A model generated the notes under the pieces. The model saw nothing but the letters and a program-made list of their open reading frames with translations. It had not been told where the DNA came from and did not search any database. Shown one piece after another: positions 1-12,059 of a DNA stretch of 64,000 bases. Each line of letters begins with the position of its first letter. The stretch's first letter is position 1. Source of the DNA: an uncultured delta proteobacterium (lineage in GTDB: Bacteria; Myxococcota; Myxococcia; Myxococcales; Anaeromyxobacteraceae); contig CAWFDF010000014.1 of assembly GCA_963814585.1 (NCBI GenBank), positions 32,001-96,000 on the forward strand, read 5' to 3'. A program made the translations under genes and the position numbers.

Positions 1-517
1 CGAGCCCCGGGTCGAGGATGATCCGCTCCTCGGGGATCCCGGCGGCGGCGGCCCGCGCCAGCGCCTGCCTCAGCTCGAGCGCCACCTCGACCAGCAGGTC
101 GGCGTAGGTGGCTCGGCTCGCCATGTCGGCGGGGGTGCCCCGCAGGTGCATCAGCACCACCGGCGCGCCCGCCTCGGCCACCGCGGCCGCCAGCGCCGGA
201 TCGCCGAGCCCGGTCACGTCGTTGACGAGGTCCGCCCCCGCCTCCAGGGCCGCCCTGGCCACCACGCCCTTGCCGGTGTCGACCGAGATGGGGGTGCGGA
301 AGCCGCGGGCCCGGAGCCGCTCGATGACCGGCACCACCCTCCGCCGCTCCTCGTCGGCCCCGACCGGCGCCGCTCCCGGACGCGTCGACTCGCCGCCGAG
401 ATCGACCAGGTCCGCCCCCTCCTCCGCCAGCCGCTCGGCGTGGTCCACCGCGGCGTCGAGCGGCAGGAAGCGGCCGCCGTCGGAGAAGGAGTCCGGCGTG
501 ACGTTGACCACCCCCAT
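1..517 (-). CDS. folP: Dihydropteroate synthase (3' end outside window)
   Basis: Minus-strand translation from ATG at 517 reads [17 protein letters not shown]...[11 protein letters not shown]...ISVDT...VVLMH, the DHPS signatures. It lies downstream of ftsH as usual. The true start may be GTG at 569 with a 1-nt indel near 561-565. Confidence 0.93.
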   Translation of the reverse strand, partial: MGVVNVTPDSFSDGGRFLPLDAAVDHAERLAEEGADLVDLGGESTRPGAAPVGADEERRRVVPVIERLRARGFRTPISVDTGKGVVARAALEAGADLVNDVTGLGDPALAAAVAEAGAPVVLMHLRGTPADMASRATYADLLVEVALELRQALARAAAAGIPEERIILDPGL

Positions 518-585
518 GAGAAAGGGGCCGGGCCCCTCGAAGAGCCTGGCCCCGATCTCGAAGCCTCACCGACGATCCCGCCCCG

Positions 586-2484
<1,899 letters not shown>

Positions 2485-2524
2485 GGTTCGAGAACTCCCG
2501 CGGGCGAGGTGCCGCCTGCCGGTG

Positions 2525-2533
2525 GTTATAGCA
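2525..2533 (-). promoter_or_regulatory. Candidate extended -10 element (TG-C-TATAAC) for ftsH
   Basis: Minus strand TGCTATAAC about 40 nt upstream of the ftsH TTG start. Confidence 0.4.
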
Positions 2534-2589
2534 GTACGAGCCCCCGGGCGCAGCCCAGGTTCAAGGGGTCCAGGTTCTCCGGCCCTGGT

Positions 2590-3928
2590 TCACCGGGCCG
2601 AGGTCATGGTGACGTCGAGCCAGTCCGCCCCCTCGGCGCGCACCCCCAGCTCGGGGATGGCCAGCACCCTTCCGGAGCCATCGACGATCAGCACCAGCTC
2701 GTCGCGGCGGTCCCGCGCCACCTTGCGGTCGATGAGCCAGGCCTTGAGCGTCTTGCCACCGCGCCCGCCGGCTGGCCGGAATCGATCACCGGCCCGCCGC
2801 GTGCGCGCCGTCAGCGGCCAGGCCACGTCGAACCCCGGGGCCACCTCCACCAGGAGCATCCGCCGGGGCCCAGGCAGCCGGCAGCGCCCAGGCCCGGCGA
2901 TGAGGACCGGGGGCATCGGCGCCGCCGGCCGGCCGGGCGCGCCCCGCCTCCCCTGGCTCCGGACCACCTCCAGCTTCCCGCCTCTCCGGCGAGCCACCAG
3001 TCCGGCCCGCAGCTCCACCTGCCGATCGCCTTCCCCGTCCAGCAGCTCCAGCGCCCGCTCCACGTGCGAGGCCTCGGGGACCGCTGCCCGCCCCCCCGCG
3101 TCGAGGGCCAGCCGTCGGACCACGCGACGGCTCACCGCCCGCGGCGCCCGCCGGAGCCTGCCCACCGGGACCTCCTGCGCCCCCTGCAGCAGCGAGCGGG
3201 CCCGCGCCGAGAGCGCCCGCTCGTCGTCGCGGAGCAGGTCGGCGGTCCGCGCCAGCGCCGCCTCCAGGGACGGGTTGAGCTCGAGCAGCCGTGGCCAGAG
3301 ATCGAGGCGCAGGCGGTTGCGGGTGAAGCGTGGGCTGGAGTTGGTCGGGTCGTCGATCGCAGTCCAGCCCTCGGCGCGCCAGCCAGTCGAGCCCCTCCTG
3401 GCGGGTGCAATCGATGAGCGGGCGCACCACGGCTCCCCGCCGCGGAGGGATGGCGGAGAGCCCCCGGGCGCCGGCGCCGCGCAGCAGCCGGAGCAGCACG
3501 GTCTCGGCCTGATCGGTGCGGGTGTGGCCGGTGGCGATCCGCGCCGCGCCGAGTCGGGCCGCCTCCGACCGGAGCGCGCCGTACCGGGCGCGCCGCGCCG
3601 CCGCCTGGAGATTCCCCGGGCCCACCTCGACCCTCACGGAGCGGAGCGGCACCGCCAGGCCCTCGCAGCTGGCGCGCGCCACCTCGGCCTCGACCTCGGC
3701 CCCGGGACGGAGGCCGTGATCGACGAAGAGCGCGAAGACCGGCCCCACCTCGCCGGCGTCTCGCAGCAGGGCCAGCGCGGCCACCAGCGCCGTCGAATCG
3801 GGCCCCGCCGAGAGCGCCACCAGCACCGGGTCGCCGCGGTCGAGCAGGCCGCGACGCCGGATGGTGCCGAGGACGGCGGCTGGATACGGGTCGAGTTCCT
3901 GCCTGGAGGTCCGGCGAGGCCTGGTCAT
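2590..3928 (-). CDS. tilS: tRNA(Ile)-lysidine synthase, split by a 1-nt frameshift near 3358
   Basis: N-terminal frame has VALSAGPDS, VDHGLR, AARRARY, ATGHTRTDQAETVL and VRPL. After the shift the other frame continues IDDPTNSSPRFTRNRLR and ends in a TilS C-terminal domain (RTRRAGDRF...KTLKAWLIDRKV). Position upstream of ftsH is conventional. Confidence 0.93.
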
Positions 3929-4291
3929 GGACTCCCCTTTCCGGGTGATCTGTGCAGGTGCCAGGTCCGATCAATTCCGGCGGAAAACCAATGCAAGTCA
4001 CCACCTTGGACCCGGAGGGCCCGGGCGCTCCGCCCGCGCCGCCGCTCTCCTCGAATTCCCTTGAACGACAAAGGGATCAAGATGGGTTGTCCCGCGACCG
4101 TGGGAGGGGTAGATTCTTCAGCAATGGGCTCTGGGGGTCCCCCCCCTCCCCCTCTGGGCCCTCGGAGAGTCGGCAGCGATGCCGGCTCTCTGTCTTTGTC
4201 CGGTCGAGGCGAGCACGGGCCGCGCCCGCCTCGGGAGATCGCGGACGCCGCTCGCGATGGCGAGCCGATCGCCCCGTCCGCCCCACCAATC

Positions 4292-4320
4292 TTGACCCTG
4301 CGGATACAGCATCGTACAAG
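4292..4320 (+). promoter_or_regulatory. Candidate sigma70 promoter TTGACC-N17-TACAAG
   Basis: -35/-10-like boxes with 17-nt spacing, 37 nt upstream of the ATG at 4358. Confidence 0.45.
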
Positions 4321-4357
4321 TGCCTCGGCTATCCCACATTCCCTGGATGGAGCGACG

Positions 4358-4570
4358 ATGTCCGGCACCGACAAGCGCAAGCAGTCACTCTACTTCCCCG
4401 AGGACATGCTGAACGAGATCCAGATCGAGGCCAACCGGCAGGATCGGTCCCTCTCCTGGATCGTGCAGCAGGCCTGGCGAATCGCCCGGGGCGAGATCAT
4501 GCGGTTCCCCTCGGTCAATGACGTCCTCTCCGGAGTCGCCCGCGAGGATGAGCGGGAGCTGAAGCCGTAG
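4358..4570 (+). CDS. Small myxobacterial protein of TIGR04563 (MXAN_4361/4362) type, ribbon-helix-helix-like
   Basis: MSGTDKRKQSLYFPEDMLNEIQIEANRQDRSLSWIVQQAWRIAR matches the family motif recalled from memory. GGAG RBS upstream. Confidence 0.85.
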   Translation: MSGTDKRKQSLYFPEDMLNEIQIEANRQDRSLSWIVQQAWRIARGEIMRFPSVNDVLSGVAREDERELKP

Positions 4571-4656
4571 CAGGTCGCTCCCCGCCACGCCACCTGACGC
4601 CCGGTCGGACGCCCGGCCGGGCGTCGCCGTTTCTCATGCGGTAGACTGCGCCGACG

Positions 4657-5955
4657 ATGCCCACGAACGACCCGAGCGACCGGGAGTCCCACCCGGCCGA
4701 CCCCGCCGGCTCGCCCGACGACTCCAGCGGGTACGAGCCGCCAGCTGGACTCGACGGGTCACGGCCCGTGCGGGCCCACGCCACCGCCGACGACCTCGCC
4801 GAGGCCGGGGCCGGGTCCCGACCCCCGCCAGGTCCCCGCCGCTCTCCCGCCACCCGGGTCGCGGTCGTCGCCGGCCTCATCCTGGCGGCCGCGGCGGCGC
4901 TGCTCGGCTACCGCCAGGCACATCGCGCCAGGGTGCTCGCCGAGGGGATGGCCATCGCCGAGACGGCGCTCCGGCTCGACACCGCGGCCGGCTACCGCAA
5001 GGCCGCCGACACGCTGGAGCCGCTCGCCCGGCTCGATCCGCGCGACGCCGCGTCGATGCGTGCCTTCGCGCTGGCGATGCTGGCGAGCGACTACCGTGAG
5101 TCCGACCTGGGCGGAGAGGCCGAGGCACTCATCACCGCTCCGGGGCGCGCCGAGAGCGTCCCTACCTACGCCAACCTCGCCGCCGCGGCGCTGTTCCTCG
5201 GCCGCGGCGCCCTCGGCGACGCCGCGACCTATGCCGGCCGCGCCGGCGACACGCCCTGGTCGGGTGCGCTGCTGGCCCGGCTGGCCTTGATGGCCGGAAA
5301 CCCCGAGGCGGCCTTCGATCCGATCCGCCGCTCCCTCGCGGCGGACCCCGGGTTGGCCGCCTCGCTGGCGATGCAGGGCGACCTGGCCCGCCGGGTTCGC
5401 CGGGACGTCCACGCCGCTCGCACCGCCTACGCGGCGGCGCTGGCCACCTCTCGCACCCACCCGCGAGCCACCTACGGCCTCGCCAAGCTGGCCCTGGCCT
5501 CGAAGATCCCGCTCAACGAGGCCATCCCACCGCTCCGGGCCCTTCTCCACGACACCCAGGCGACGCCGCCCAACGAGCGGGCTCGCGCCGCGCTCCACCT
5601 CGCGTCGCTGGAGCTCCGCGCCGGGGAACGGGCCGCTGCCGGGGCCACGCTCGACGCCGTCGAGGGCCTCGACCGGTCCGGTCGCGCCTGGGCCGAGGTG
5701 GCGGTCCAGGTCGCCGCCGCCGACCGGAAGGCCTACCGGGCCGTGAAGGGGCCGCCCCCACTCTTCGTCAGCGCCAGCGATGACGACCCGCTCGAGGCGC
5801 CTGCGATCGACCCGACCCCTCCGCCGCCGCCACCGCCCAGGGCCAAGGCCGCCCCCAAGGCCACCCCGAAGGCCGGTGCCAGGCCGGTCAAGAAGGCGCC
5901 GCCTCCCGTGAAGAAGCCGCCCGAGAAGAAGGCACCCGCCCGGAAGACGCCGTAG
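4657..5955 (+). CDS. Hypothetical single-pass membrane protein with TPR-like helical region and Pro/Lys-rich tail
   Basis: 432-aa ORF, one hydrophobic segment (VAVVAGLILAAAAALLGY), Ala-rich helical repeats, PPPPPP...KKAP tail. Confidence 0.7.
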   Translation: MPTNDPSDRESHPADPAGSPDDSSGYEPPAGLDGSRPVRAHATADDLAEAGAGSRPPPGPRRSPATRVAVVAGLILAAAAALLGYRQAHRARVLAEGMAIAETALRLDTAAGYRKAADTLEPLARLDPRDAASMRAFALAMLASDYRESDLGGEAEALITAPGRAESVPTYANLAAAALFLGRGALGDAATYAGRAGDTPWSGALLARLALMAGNPEAAFDPIRRSLAADPGLAASLAMQGDLARRVRRDVHAARTAYAAALATSRTHPRATYGLAKLALASKIPLNEAIPPLRALLHDTQATPPNERARAALHLASLELRAGERAAAGATLDAVEGLDRSGRAWAEVAVQVAAADRKAYRAVKGPPPLFVSASDDDPLEAPAIDPTPPPPPPPRAKAAPKATPKAGARPVKKAPPPVKKPPEKKAPARKTP

Positions 5956-6202
5956 CGCGGTCTCACCGCGTCCTGCTCGAGAGAGCGGCAGGTCCCGACG
6001 TCGGAGACCGAGTCCCCGCCGCACGCTGCTGGCGACGGCCTCCCGGCCTGCTCCCGTCGAAGCGCGGGCCCGTTCCGGGCTCCGCGGCGGGTCCGCCAGG
6101 CCCCGGCGGCCATGCTCGACGGGCGACCAGCGCGCTGCTCGCGGCGAGCGCACCCGCGCCGCCCAGCCGCCGGAAGCCACGGATTCGCGGCGGTTCCCGG
6201 TC

Positions 6203-6218
6203 CGGCACGCGCGCTGCA
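6203..6218 (+). promoter_or_regulatory. Candidate sigma54 (-24/-12) promoter
   Basis: CGGCACGCGCGCTGCA has GG-N10-GC spacing matching the TGGCAC-N5-TTGC consensus, about 50 nt upstream of the ATG at 6271. Confidence 0.55.
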
Positions 6219-6270
6219 AAGCCTCCCGGTACGCATGCAGCACTCACGCCCTTTCGGGAGGAGCCCCACG

Positions 6271-7044
6271 ATGAAGCAGGCCTTCAAGGCGGCCGTCGCC
6301 GCCGCGGTTCTCGCCACCGCCACCGTCGCCTCGGCCACGCCGTCCACCGTCTACTGGACGCCAGCCACCACCTACACGCAGCCGTTCCTGGTGCCGCACC
6401 TCACCTACGACAGCTACTTCGCCGAGGGTGGCCAGCTCCAGCCCGACTACGGCCTCACCATCGGCATCCTGCCCTTCGAGAAGTTCCAGGCCGAGGTGGG
6501 CGTCGACCTGCTGGTCCCCGGGCCCCACAAGGACAACCTCTACCTGAACGGCAAGGTGACCCTGGTGGAGGGCGCCTTCGCCGAGTGGCAGCCCGGCATC
6601 TCCCTGGGCATCCAGAGCGTCGGCTTCAAGAAGGACTACAGCGACTACAACCACCTGTACCTCACCGTCGGCAAGACCTTCGGCTTCGGAACGGTGGTGG
6701 TGGGCGGCTACCACGGAGGTAACGAGGTCCTCTACACCAGCAGCTCCGGCGAGGTGGAGCAGACCGGCTTCATGGCCTCCTACACCAGCCCGGACATCAA
6801 GGTCGGGCTCACCGGCCTCGACAAGATCGTCCTCGCCGCCGACTTCGCCAGCGGCAACAACTTCTTCGGCGCCTACGGCGTCGGCGCCGCCTTCTACTTC
6901 ACGCCGGCCATCTCGCTGCTCACCGGCCCGGTGATGTTCAACGACAAGGACCTGATGAAGGGGACCTACGGCTCCGACTTCATGTGGACGGTCCAGCTCG
7001 ACGTCGACTTCGACCTGCGGGCGCCGTCGGCGCCCGCCAAGTAG
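6271..7044 (+). CDS. Exported protein, probable outer-membrane beta-barrel or porin-like
   Basis: Signal peptide MKQAFKAAVAAAVLATATVASA, alternating aromatic beta-strand pattern, terminal WTVQLDVDF strand, GGAGGAG RBS. Confidence 0.7.
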   Translation: MKQAFKAAVAAAVLATATVASATPSTVYWTPATTYTQPFLVPHLTYDSYFAEGGQLQPDYGLTIGILPFEKFQAEVGVDLLVPGPHKDNLYLNGKVTLVEGAFAEWQPGISLGIQSVGFKKDYSDYNHLYLTVGKTFGFGTVVVGGYHGGNEVLYTSSSGEVEQTGFMASYTSPDIKVGLTGLDKIVLAADFASGNNFFGAYGVGAAFYFTPAISLLTGPVMFNDKDLMKGTYGSDFMWTVQLDVDFDLRAPSAPAK

Positions 7045-7060
7045 CTGCGCGGGGGCGCTT

Positions 7061-7098
7061 CGCGGGGCGTCCGGGCCAGTGCGGCCGGGCGCCCCGCG
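7061..7098. terminator. GC-rich hairpin between convergent genes, possible terminator
   Basis: cgcggggcgtccgg...ccgggcgccccgcg inverted repeat right after the 7044 stop. No long U tract. Confidence 0.4.
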
Positions 7099-7119
7099 TC
7101 TTGCTGGGGCGGCGGCGGC

Positions 7120-7622
7120 TCAGGTCTCGAACATCGCCAGCACCACGTCGATGATGTAGTGCTCCAGGCGCCTCAGCTCGGGGTCCGGCAGGTCCATGAA
7201 CCGGGCCGCGACGCGCGTCGAGCCGGGCAACGGCTTCACCTCGATGAGCCGGGCCCGGCAGACCAGCGGCTCCCCCCGGGGAGGCGCAGCGTCACGCCCA
7301 CCACCTCTCCCAGCAGCGGAGGCCTGGCCAGCAGCGTGGCGAAGCCGCCCGTCGAGAGATCGAGCGTCACGGTGCGCTGGTGCACGCCCCCGATCTGGAG
7401 ATCGAGCTGCAGCGCCCGCGCCACCCGCAGCGAGCGCCGCGCCGTCTCGCCAGGCTTGAGCGCGAGCTTCTGGGCGGCGAGCATGGCCCTGGCCAGCTCG
7501 TCCCGGGAGGCGTGGTAGGTGGACTCCTCGCCGGGCAGGAGCGATCCGTCCCGGGCTCGCTCGTGCAGGTCCCGGAAGGAGCGCAGCCAGTCGGCCAGGC
7601 CCCCAGGTGGCGCGCCAGCCAC
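7120..7622 (-). CDS. PilZ-domain protein, frameshifted in a G run near 7272-7281
   Basis: RRSLR (RxxxR) and DLSTGG (DxSxxG) PilZ motifs. Adding one G restores ...LPGGEPLVCRARLIEV...VAARFMDL...FET-stop. The GTG start overlaps the HU stop codon. Confidence 0.8.
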
Positions 7623-7894
7623 TACAGGGCCTTCTTCAGCTCGGGCGCCGGCTTGAAGTTGACCGTCCGGGTGGGCGCGATCTGGATCTCCGCCCCGGTG
7701 CGCGGGTTGCGCCCCACCCGCCCCGCCCGCTTCTTCACCGCGAAGGTGCCGAAGCCGGGCATGACGAACCGCTTGTCCTTGCGGATCCCCTTGGCCAGCT
7801 GCTCGAAGACCGCGTCCACCAGCTGGGCCACGTGTCGCTTCGAGAGATCCGGGTGGGCGCCCTGTACCTTCTCGATGAGGCCAGCCTTGGTCAT
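7622..7894 (-). CDS. hup: HU-family histone-like DNA-binding protein
   Basis: 90 aa, MTKAGLI...GFGTF...GRNPRTG...FKPAPELK. Confidence 0.95.
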   Translation of the reverse strand: MTKAGLIEKVQGAHPDLSKRHVAQLVDAVFEQLAKGIRKDKRFVMPGFGTFAVKKRAGRVGRNPRTGAEIQIAPTRTVNFKPAPELKKAL

Positions 7895-7923
7895 GTCGTC
7901 GACATCCTCGGTGTGGGGAAAGG

Positions 7924-7952
7924 ACGCTAGCGATCCGCCTCGGGGCCGTCAA
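7924..7952 (-). promoter_or_regulatory. Candidate sigma70 promoter TTGACG-N17-TAGCGT for HU/PilZ
   Basis: Minus-strand boxes with ideal spacing, 30 nt upstream of the HU ATG. Confidence 0.55.
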
Positions 7953-7985
7953 GCCGCGATCACGAGGCTCCTCGCGCGCGCTGCG

Positions 7986-8807
7986 TCAAGGCTTGATTCC
8001 CAGCAAGACCCGTGTCTCGGCCGGCGTGGCTGGCCGTCGCCCGGCCTCCGCCGCGAGCTCGACCGCCGCGCGCACCAGCTGCTCGTTGCCCGAGGCCAGC
8101 ACGCCCTTCGAGATGAAGAGGTTGTCCTCCAGCCCGACGCGCACGTGGCCGCCGAGCCGGAGGGCCACCACGGCCATGGGGAGCTCGTGGCGGCCGATGC
8201 CGGCCACCGACCAGGGCACCGCCTCGGGCAGGCCCTCGACGAGGAAGCGGAGGTTCCGCTCGCTCCCGGTCATGCCGCCGGGGACGCCCAGCACGAACTG
8301 CACGTGGTAGGGCGGCGCCAGGTGGCCCTCCCCGAGGAGCCAGGCCAGCGTGTCGAGCATGCCGGCGTCGTAGACCTCGCACTCGGGCACGAGGCCGCGC
8401 TGGCGCAGGCGGGCCGCCACCTGGACGATGTCCGGGCGGGTGTTGGTGAAGACGCCGTCGCCGAAGTTCATCGTCCCCATGTTGAGCGTGCCCATCTCGG
8501 CGCCGGGCACCAGCGAGCCGAGGCGCTCCTCGATCCCCATCCCCACCGCGCCACCGGTGGAGCACTGGATCACCACGTCGCACCCGGCCCCGCGGATCCG
8601 GTCGACGATCTCGCGGAAGTGGGCGGCCTCCTGCGACGGGCGTCCATCCGGCCAGCGGGCGTGCAGGTGGACCACGGCCGCGCCCGCGGCGGCCGCGGCC
8701 ACCGCCGCCGCCGCGATCTCGGCCGGCGTGTACGGGACCGCCGGGTTCTGCTCGCGGCGCACCTCGGCTCCCACGACCGCGGCGGCGATGATGACCGGAG
8801 CTGCCAT
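7986..8807 (-). CDS. kce: 3-keto-5-aminohexanoate cleavage enzyme
   Basis: BKACE motifs VHLHAR, QCSTGG, GTMNFG, GGHVRVGLEDN. Adjacent to kal/kamE/kamD. Confidence 0.92.
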   Translation of the reverse strand: MAAPVIIAAAVVGAEVRREQNPAVPYTPAEIAAAAVAAAAAGAAVVHLHARWPDGRPSQEAAHFREIVDRIRGAGCDVVIQCSTGGAVGMGIEERLGSLVPGAEMGTLNMGTMNFGDGVFTNTRPDIVQVAARLRQRGLVPECEVYDAGMLDTLAWLLGEGHLAPPYHVQFVLGVPGGMTGSERNLRFLVEGLPEAVPWSVAGIGRHELPMAVVALRLGGHVRVGLEDNLFISKGVLASGNEQLVRAAVELAAEAGRRPATPAETRVLLGIKP

Positions 8808-8810
8808 GGC

Positions 8811-9206
8811 TCACCCTCCCGCCGGCCGGAGCCGCTGCCTGTCCCTCGGCACCACGCAGGTCCCGCTGGCGCGACAGACCAGCACCGGCGTGGCCAGGAC
8901 CTCGGCGGCGCTGGCGCCCAGGTCGGGGCGGGGCGCGATCACCTTCCAGGCCTCGAACCTCATGCCACGGGAGGTGGCGCCGGAGGAGGCGATCTCGCCC
9001 GAGGCCTCCACGTAGTCGCCGGCGTGGACCGGGGCGAGGAACTCCACCGCGTCGTAGGCGCGGAAAAGCCCCTCGTCGCCGTCGTGGCGGATCAGCAGCT
9101 CGGTGGCCACGTCGCCGAAGAGCGCCAGCATCCTGGCCCCGTCGACGAGGTGGCCCCCGTAGTGGGCGTCGGCCTGCGACATCCTCAACCGGATCGTCAC
9201 CTTCAT
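8811..9206 (-). CDS. kal: 3-aminobutyryl-CoA ammonia-lyase (hotdog fold)
   Basis: [51 protein letters not shown], characteristic Kal sequence. Confidence 0.92.
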   Translation of the reverse strand: MKVTIRLRMSQADAHYGGHLVDGARMLALFGDVATELLIRHDGDEGLFRAYDAVEFLAPVHAGDYVEASGEIASSGATSRGMRFEAWKVIAPRPDLGASAAEVLATPVLVCRASGTCVVPRDRQRLRPAGG

Positions 9207-9973
9207 CCGTGGTGCTCCTTTCCCATCCGCCTCAGCACCTCGCCCACGATGTAGTTGGCCACGGTGGAGGGCCTGGTGCCGGGACCGAAGCCGGCGTCGT
9301 AGCCGAGCTCGAGCGCCAGCTTGTGGTCGATGCGCGGGCCGCCCAGCAGCAGGATCACCCGCTGCCGCCGTCCCAGCCGCTCCAGCTCGTCGACGAGGCG
9401 GCGGGCGTTGTCCCGGTGGACGTCGCGCTGCGTGACCACCTGCGAGACCAGCACGGCGTCGGCGCCGCGCTCCACCGCCAGCCGGGCCAGCTCGGCGTTC
9501 TCCACCTGCGCCCCGAGGTTGATGGCCTCGAAGCACGGGTAGCGCTCCAGCCCGGAGTCGCCGGCGAAGCCCTTCATGTTCATGATGGCGTCGATGCCGA
9601 CGGCATGGGCATCGGAGCCGGTGCAGGCCCCCAGCACCACGACGCGCCGTCCGATCTCGCGCAGGGCCAGCTCGTTCAGCTCGTCGAACCCCTTCGGGCG
9701 CGTCACCACCTCGGCCACCTGCAGCGTGGCGAGATCGACGGCCACGCCGGTCCGGCCATAGACGACGAAGACGGTGAAGCGCTCCGCCGCGGCCTCCATC
9801 GAGGCCACCAGCACCTGGCTCAGCCCCATCTGGCGTGCCACCTCGGCCGCCGCCTCGCGAGCCCGCTCGCCGGCCGGCACCGGCAGGACGAAGGAGAGCT
9901 GGACGACGCCGTCGTCCTGGCGATCCCCGTACGGGCGGACCAGCGTGCCGGCGGCCGGTGGGCGGGCGGTCAC
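9203..9973 (-). CDS. kamE: Lysine 5,6-aminomutase beta subunit (B12-binding)
   Basis: RPYGD..DDG.VQLSF dimerisation domain, DAHAVG cobalamin motif, NMKG PLP lysine, GYDAGFGPG. Confidence 0.95.
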   Translation of the reverse strand: MTARPPAAGTLVRPYGDRQDDGVVQLSFVLPVPAGERAREAAAEVARQMGLSQVLVASMEAAAERFTVFVVYGRTGVAVDLATLQVAEVVTRPKGFDELNELALREIGRRVVVLGACTGSDAHAVGIDAIMNMKGFAGDSGLERYPCFEAINLGAQVENAELARLAVERGADAVLVSQVVTQRDVHRDNARRLVDELERLGRRQRVILLLGGPRIDHKLALELGYDAGFGPGTRPSTVANYIVGEVLRRMGKEHHG

Positions 9974-10491
9974 GGGGCGCCCCCCAGGCGCGCCGACTGC
10001 ACCACGGCCCGCCAGGTCTCGAGGAGCGGCTGGCTCACCGGCGAGCGCCCGGTGAAGGTCAGCCAGTGCTGCTCCGGCCCGGCGCAGGCCAGGTACGCCC
10101 AGCCGTGACTGCCTCCCTGGTCGGCCTCCTGCTCCACCGCCGGCTTCCCACCGAGCGAGCTCAGGTGGCGCTTGACCCGCTCCAGCCCGGCGTCGCGCTC
10201 CCTCAGCGCCGCCTCCCCGGCGGCGAGGCAGGCCGCGCCGTCCGCGCCGCGCGGCCCGGCGGCCCACGCCTCCAGCCTCGCGCTCCCCTGCGGTGGCACC
10301 AGGGCCAGCCTGCGGGCGTCGCCGCTGGCCTCCCAGGCCGACGGGGCCTCGATGGCGAGCGCGCCCACCTGGTAGCCCCGCCACCCCGGGCGGGCCGAGG
10401 GGCGTGACTCGGGCGGGCCCCGTCCCAGCAGGCCGGCGCAGCCGGTGGCGAGCCACAGCGCGAGCGCGGCGGACCAGCGCGTCGAGGTCAC
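9970..10491 (-). CDS. Hypothetical lipoprotein
   Basis: 173-aa ORF with signal peptide and lipobox-like ATGC, overlapping both neighbours by 4 nt. Confidence 0.65.
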   Translation of the reverse strand: MTSTRWSAALALWLATGCAGLLGRGPPESRPSARPGWRGYQVGALAIEAPSAWEASGDARRLALVPPQGSARLEAWAAGPRGADGAACLAAGEAALRERDAGLERVKRHLSSLGGKPAVEQEADQGGSHGWAYLACAGPEQHWLTFTGRSPVSQPLLETWRAVVQSARLGGAP

Positions 10492-12059
10492 GTGGCCTCC
10501 AGCCCGTCGAGGAGCGGGTTGAAGTAGTCGGGGGCGCGCGCCACCACGCCGTCGAGCCCCTTGCCTCCGGTCTCGCGGCGCGCCACGTCGCCGAAGCGGG
10601 CCTTGCCGATGGCGGCGAAGAGGCCGTCGGCGGCCACCTCCTCCAGCAGCTCGCGGGCGCGGTGCAGCGTCGCCGCCGCCCGCGACTCCACCATCCCGCC
10701 GGGCTTCAGCTGCAGCTCGGCCCCCATCGAGCGCCAGGCCCGGTAGACGTAGTCGGCACCCTTGAGCGCGGCGTACCGGTCCATCAGGAGGGGGTTGTGC
10801 ATGGCCTCGGTCATCATGCCGAGCAGCTGGATCCCCTGCCCGGTCACCCAGCCCACCACGTCGGCCATCAGGTCGTAGCCGTGGCTGAAGAAGATGTCGC
10901 CCTGCTTGTGCTTGGTGGGCGGCATGTACTTGATGGGCGCCGCCGGGAAGAGGGTCCGCACCAGCAGCGCCTGCGCCAGCTCGCGGGCGATGGTGTCCTC
11001 GCGCGCCGGGTCGATCTCGAAGCTGTGGCCGAGCCCGAGCAGCCGGTCAGGAAGCCCGGCCCGATGGGCGAAGGACTCGTTGACGAACTGCGAGGCGATG
11101 ACGGTGTGGGCCGCCTCGTCGGCGTCGGCGGTGGTGATGTAGTTGTCCTCGCCGGTGTTGATGAGGATGTCGGCCAGCGCGCAGATGCGGCGCGAGAAGT
11201 GCTGGTCGCAGAGGGTCCGCCGCATGTTGATGTCGCGAAAGAGGATGCCGTACATGGCGTCGTTGAGGAGCATGTCGAGGCGCTCCCACGCCCCGGCGAA
11301 GGCGATCTCCGGCATGCAAAGGCCGGACGAGTAGTTGGTGAGGTGGAGGTAACGACCCAGCCGGCGCGACTCGTCGTCGAGGGCCTCGCGCATGATGCGG
11401 AAGTTCTCCTGGGTGGCGTAGGTGCCGCCGAACCCCTCGGTGGTGGCGCCGTGCGGGACGTAGTCGAGGAGGGACTGGGCCGTGGAGCGGATCACCGCGA
11501 TGACGTCGGCGCCGGCCTGGGCGGCAGCCCGGGCCTGCTCCACGTCGTCCCAGATGTTGCCGGTGGCCACGATCACGTACTTGTGCGGCCGCGGTCCGGC
11601 CCCCAGCTCCGCCTTGAGGGCGTTGCGCGCCGCCACCCGCCCCCTCAGCTCGGCCAGCGCGGCGCGGGCCTCGCCGGCCAGGTCCTGGCGCAGCGCCCGG
11701 TCCTCGGCGGGCGACAGCCCAGCCGGCCGCTCCGGCAGGCTGGCGATGGCCTCGACGATGGCGGCCGGATCGCGCGCCCCCTGGCGCATGACGTACCCGA
11801 GCCACCAGGCGGCGCCCCGCCCGAGCAGGCCTCGCCGGTGCAGCTCGTCCACGACCAGGTTCACCTGGGGCACGCCGCGCGGCCCGGCCCCGTGCAGCCC
11901 GAAGAGCCGCAGCACCGTCCGCTCGATGGCCACGGTGGTGTGGCGATCGACGAGGTCCAGGACCGGCGCCGTCACCTGGTCGGCCAGGGCCCGGCAGCGG
12001 GCGACCTCCTCCCGGTCGAGGTGGAGATCCGGGACGTGGCGGCCATCGGCGAGGAGCAT
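10488..12059 (-). CDS. kamD: Lysine 5,6-aminomutase alpha subunit
   Basis: HTTVAIERT, YVIVATGNI, IRSTAQSLLDYVP, GGTYATQENF, NYSSGLCMPEIA, NTGEDNY, KYMPPTK. Confidence 0.96.
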   Translation of the reverse strand: MLLADGRHVPDLHLDREEVARCRALADQVTAPVLDLVDRHTTVAIERTVLRLFGLHGAGPRGVPQVNLVVDELHRRGLLGRGAAWWLGYVMRQGARDPAAIVEAIASLPERPAGLSPAEDRALRQDLAGEARAALAELRGRVAARNALKAELGAGPRPHKYVIVATGNIWDDVEQARAAAQAGADVIAVIRSTAQSLLDYVPHGATTEGFGGTYATQENFRIMREALDDESRRLGRYLHLTNYSSGLCMPEIAFAGAWERLDMLLNDAMYGILFRDINMRRTLCDQHFSRRICALADILINTGEDNYITTADADEAAHTVIASQFVNESFAHRAGLPDRLLGLGHSFEIDPAREDTIARELAQALLVRTLFPAAPIKYMPPTKHKQGDIFFSHGYDLMADVVGWVTGQGIQLLGMMTEAMHNPLLMDRYAALKGADYVYRAWRSMGAELQLKPGGMVESRAAATLHRARELLEEVAADGLFAAIGKARFGDVARRETGGKGLDGVVARAPDYFNPLLDGLEAT

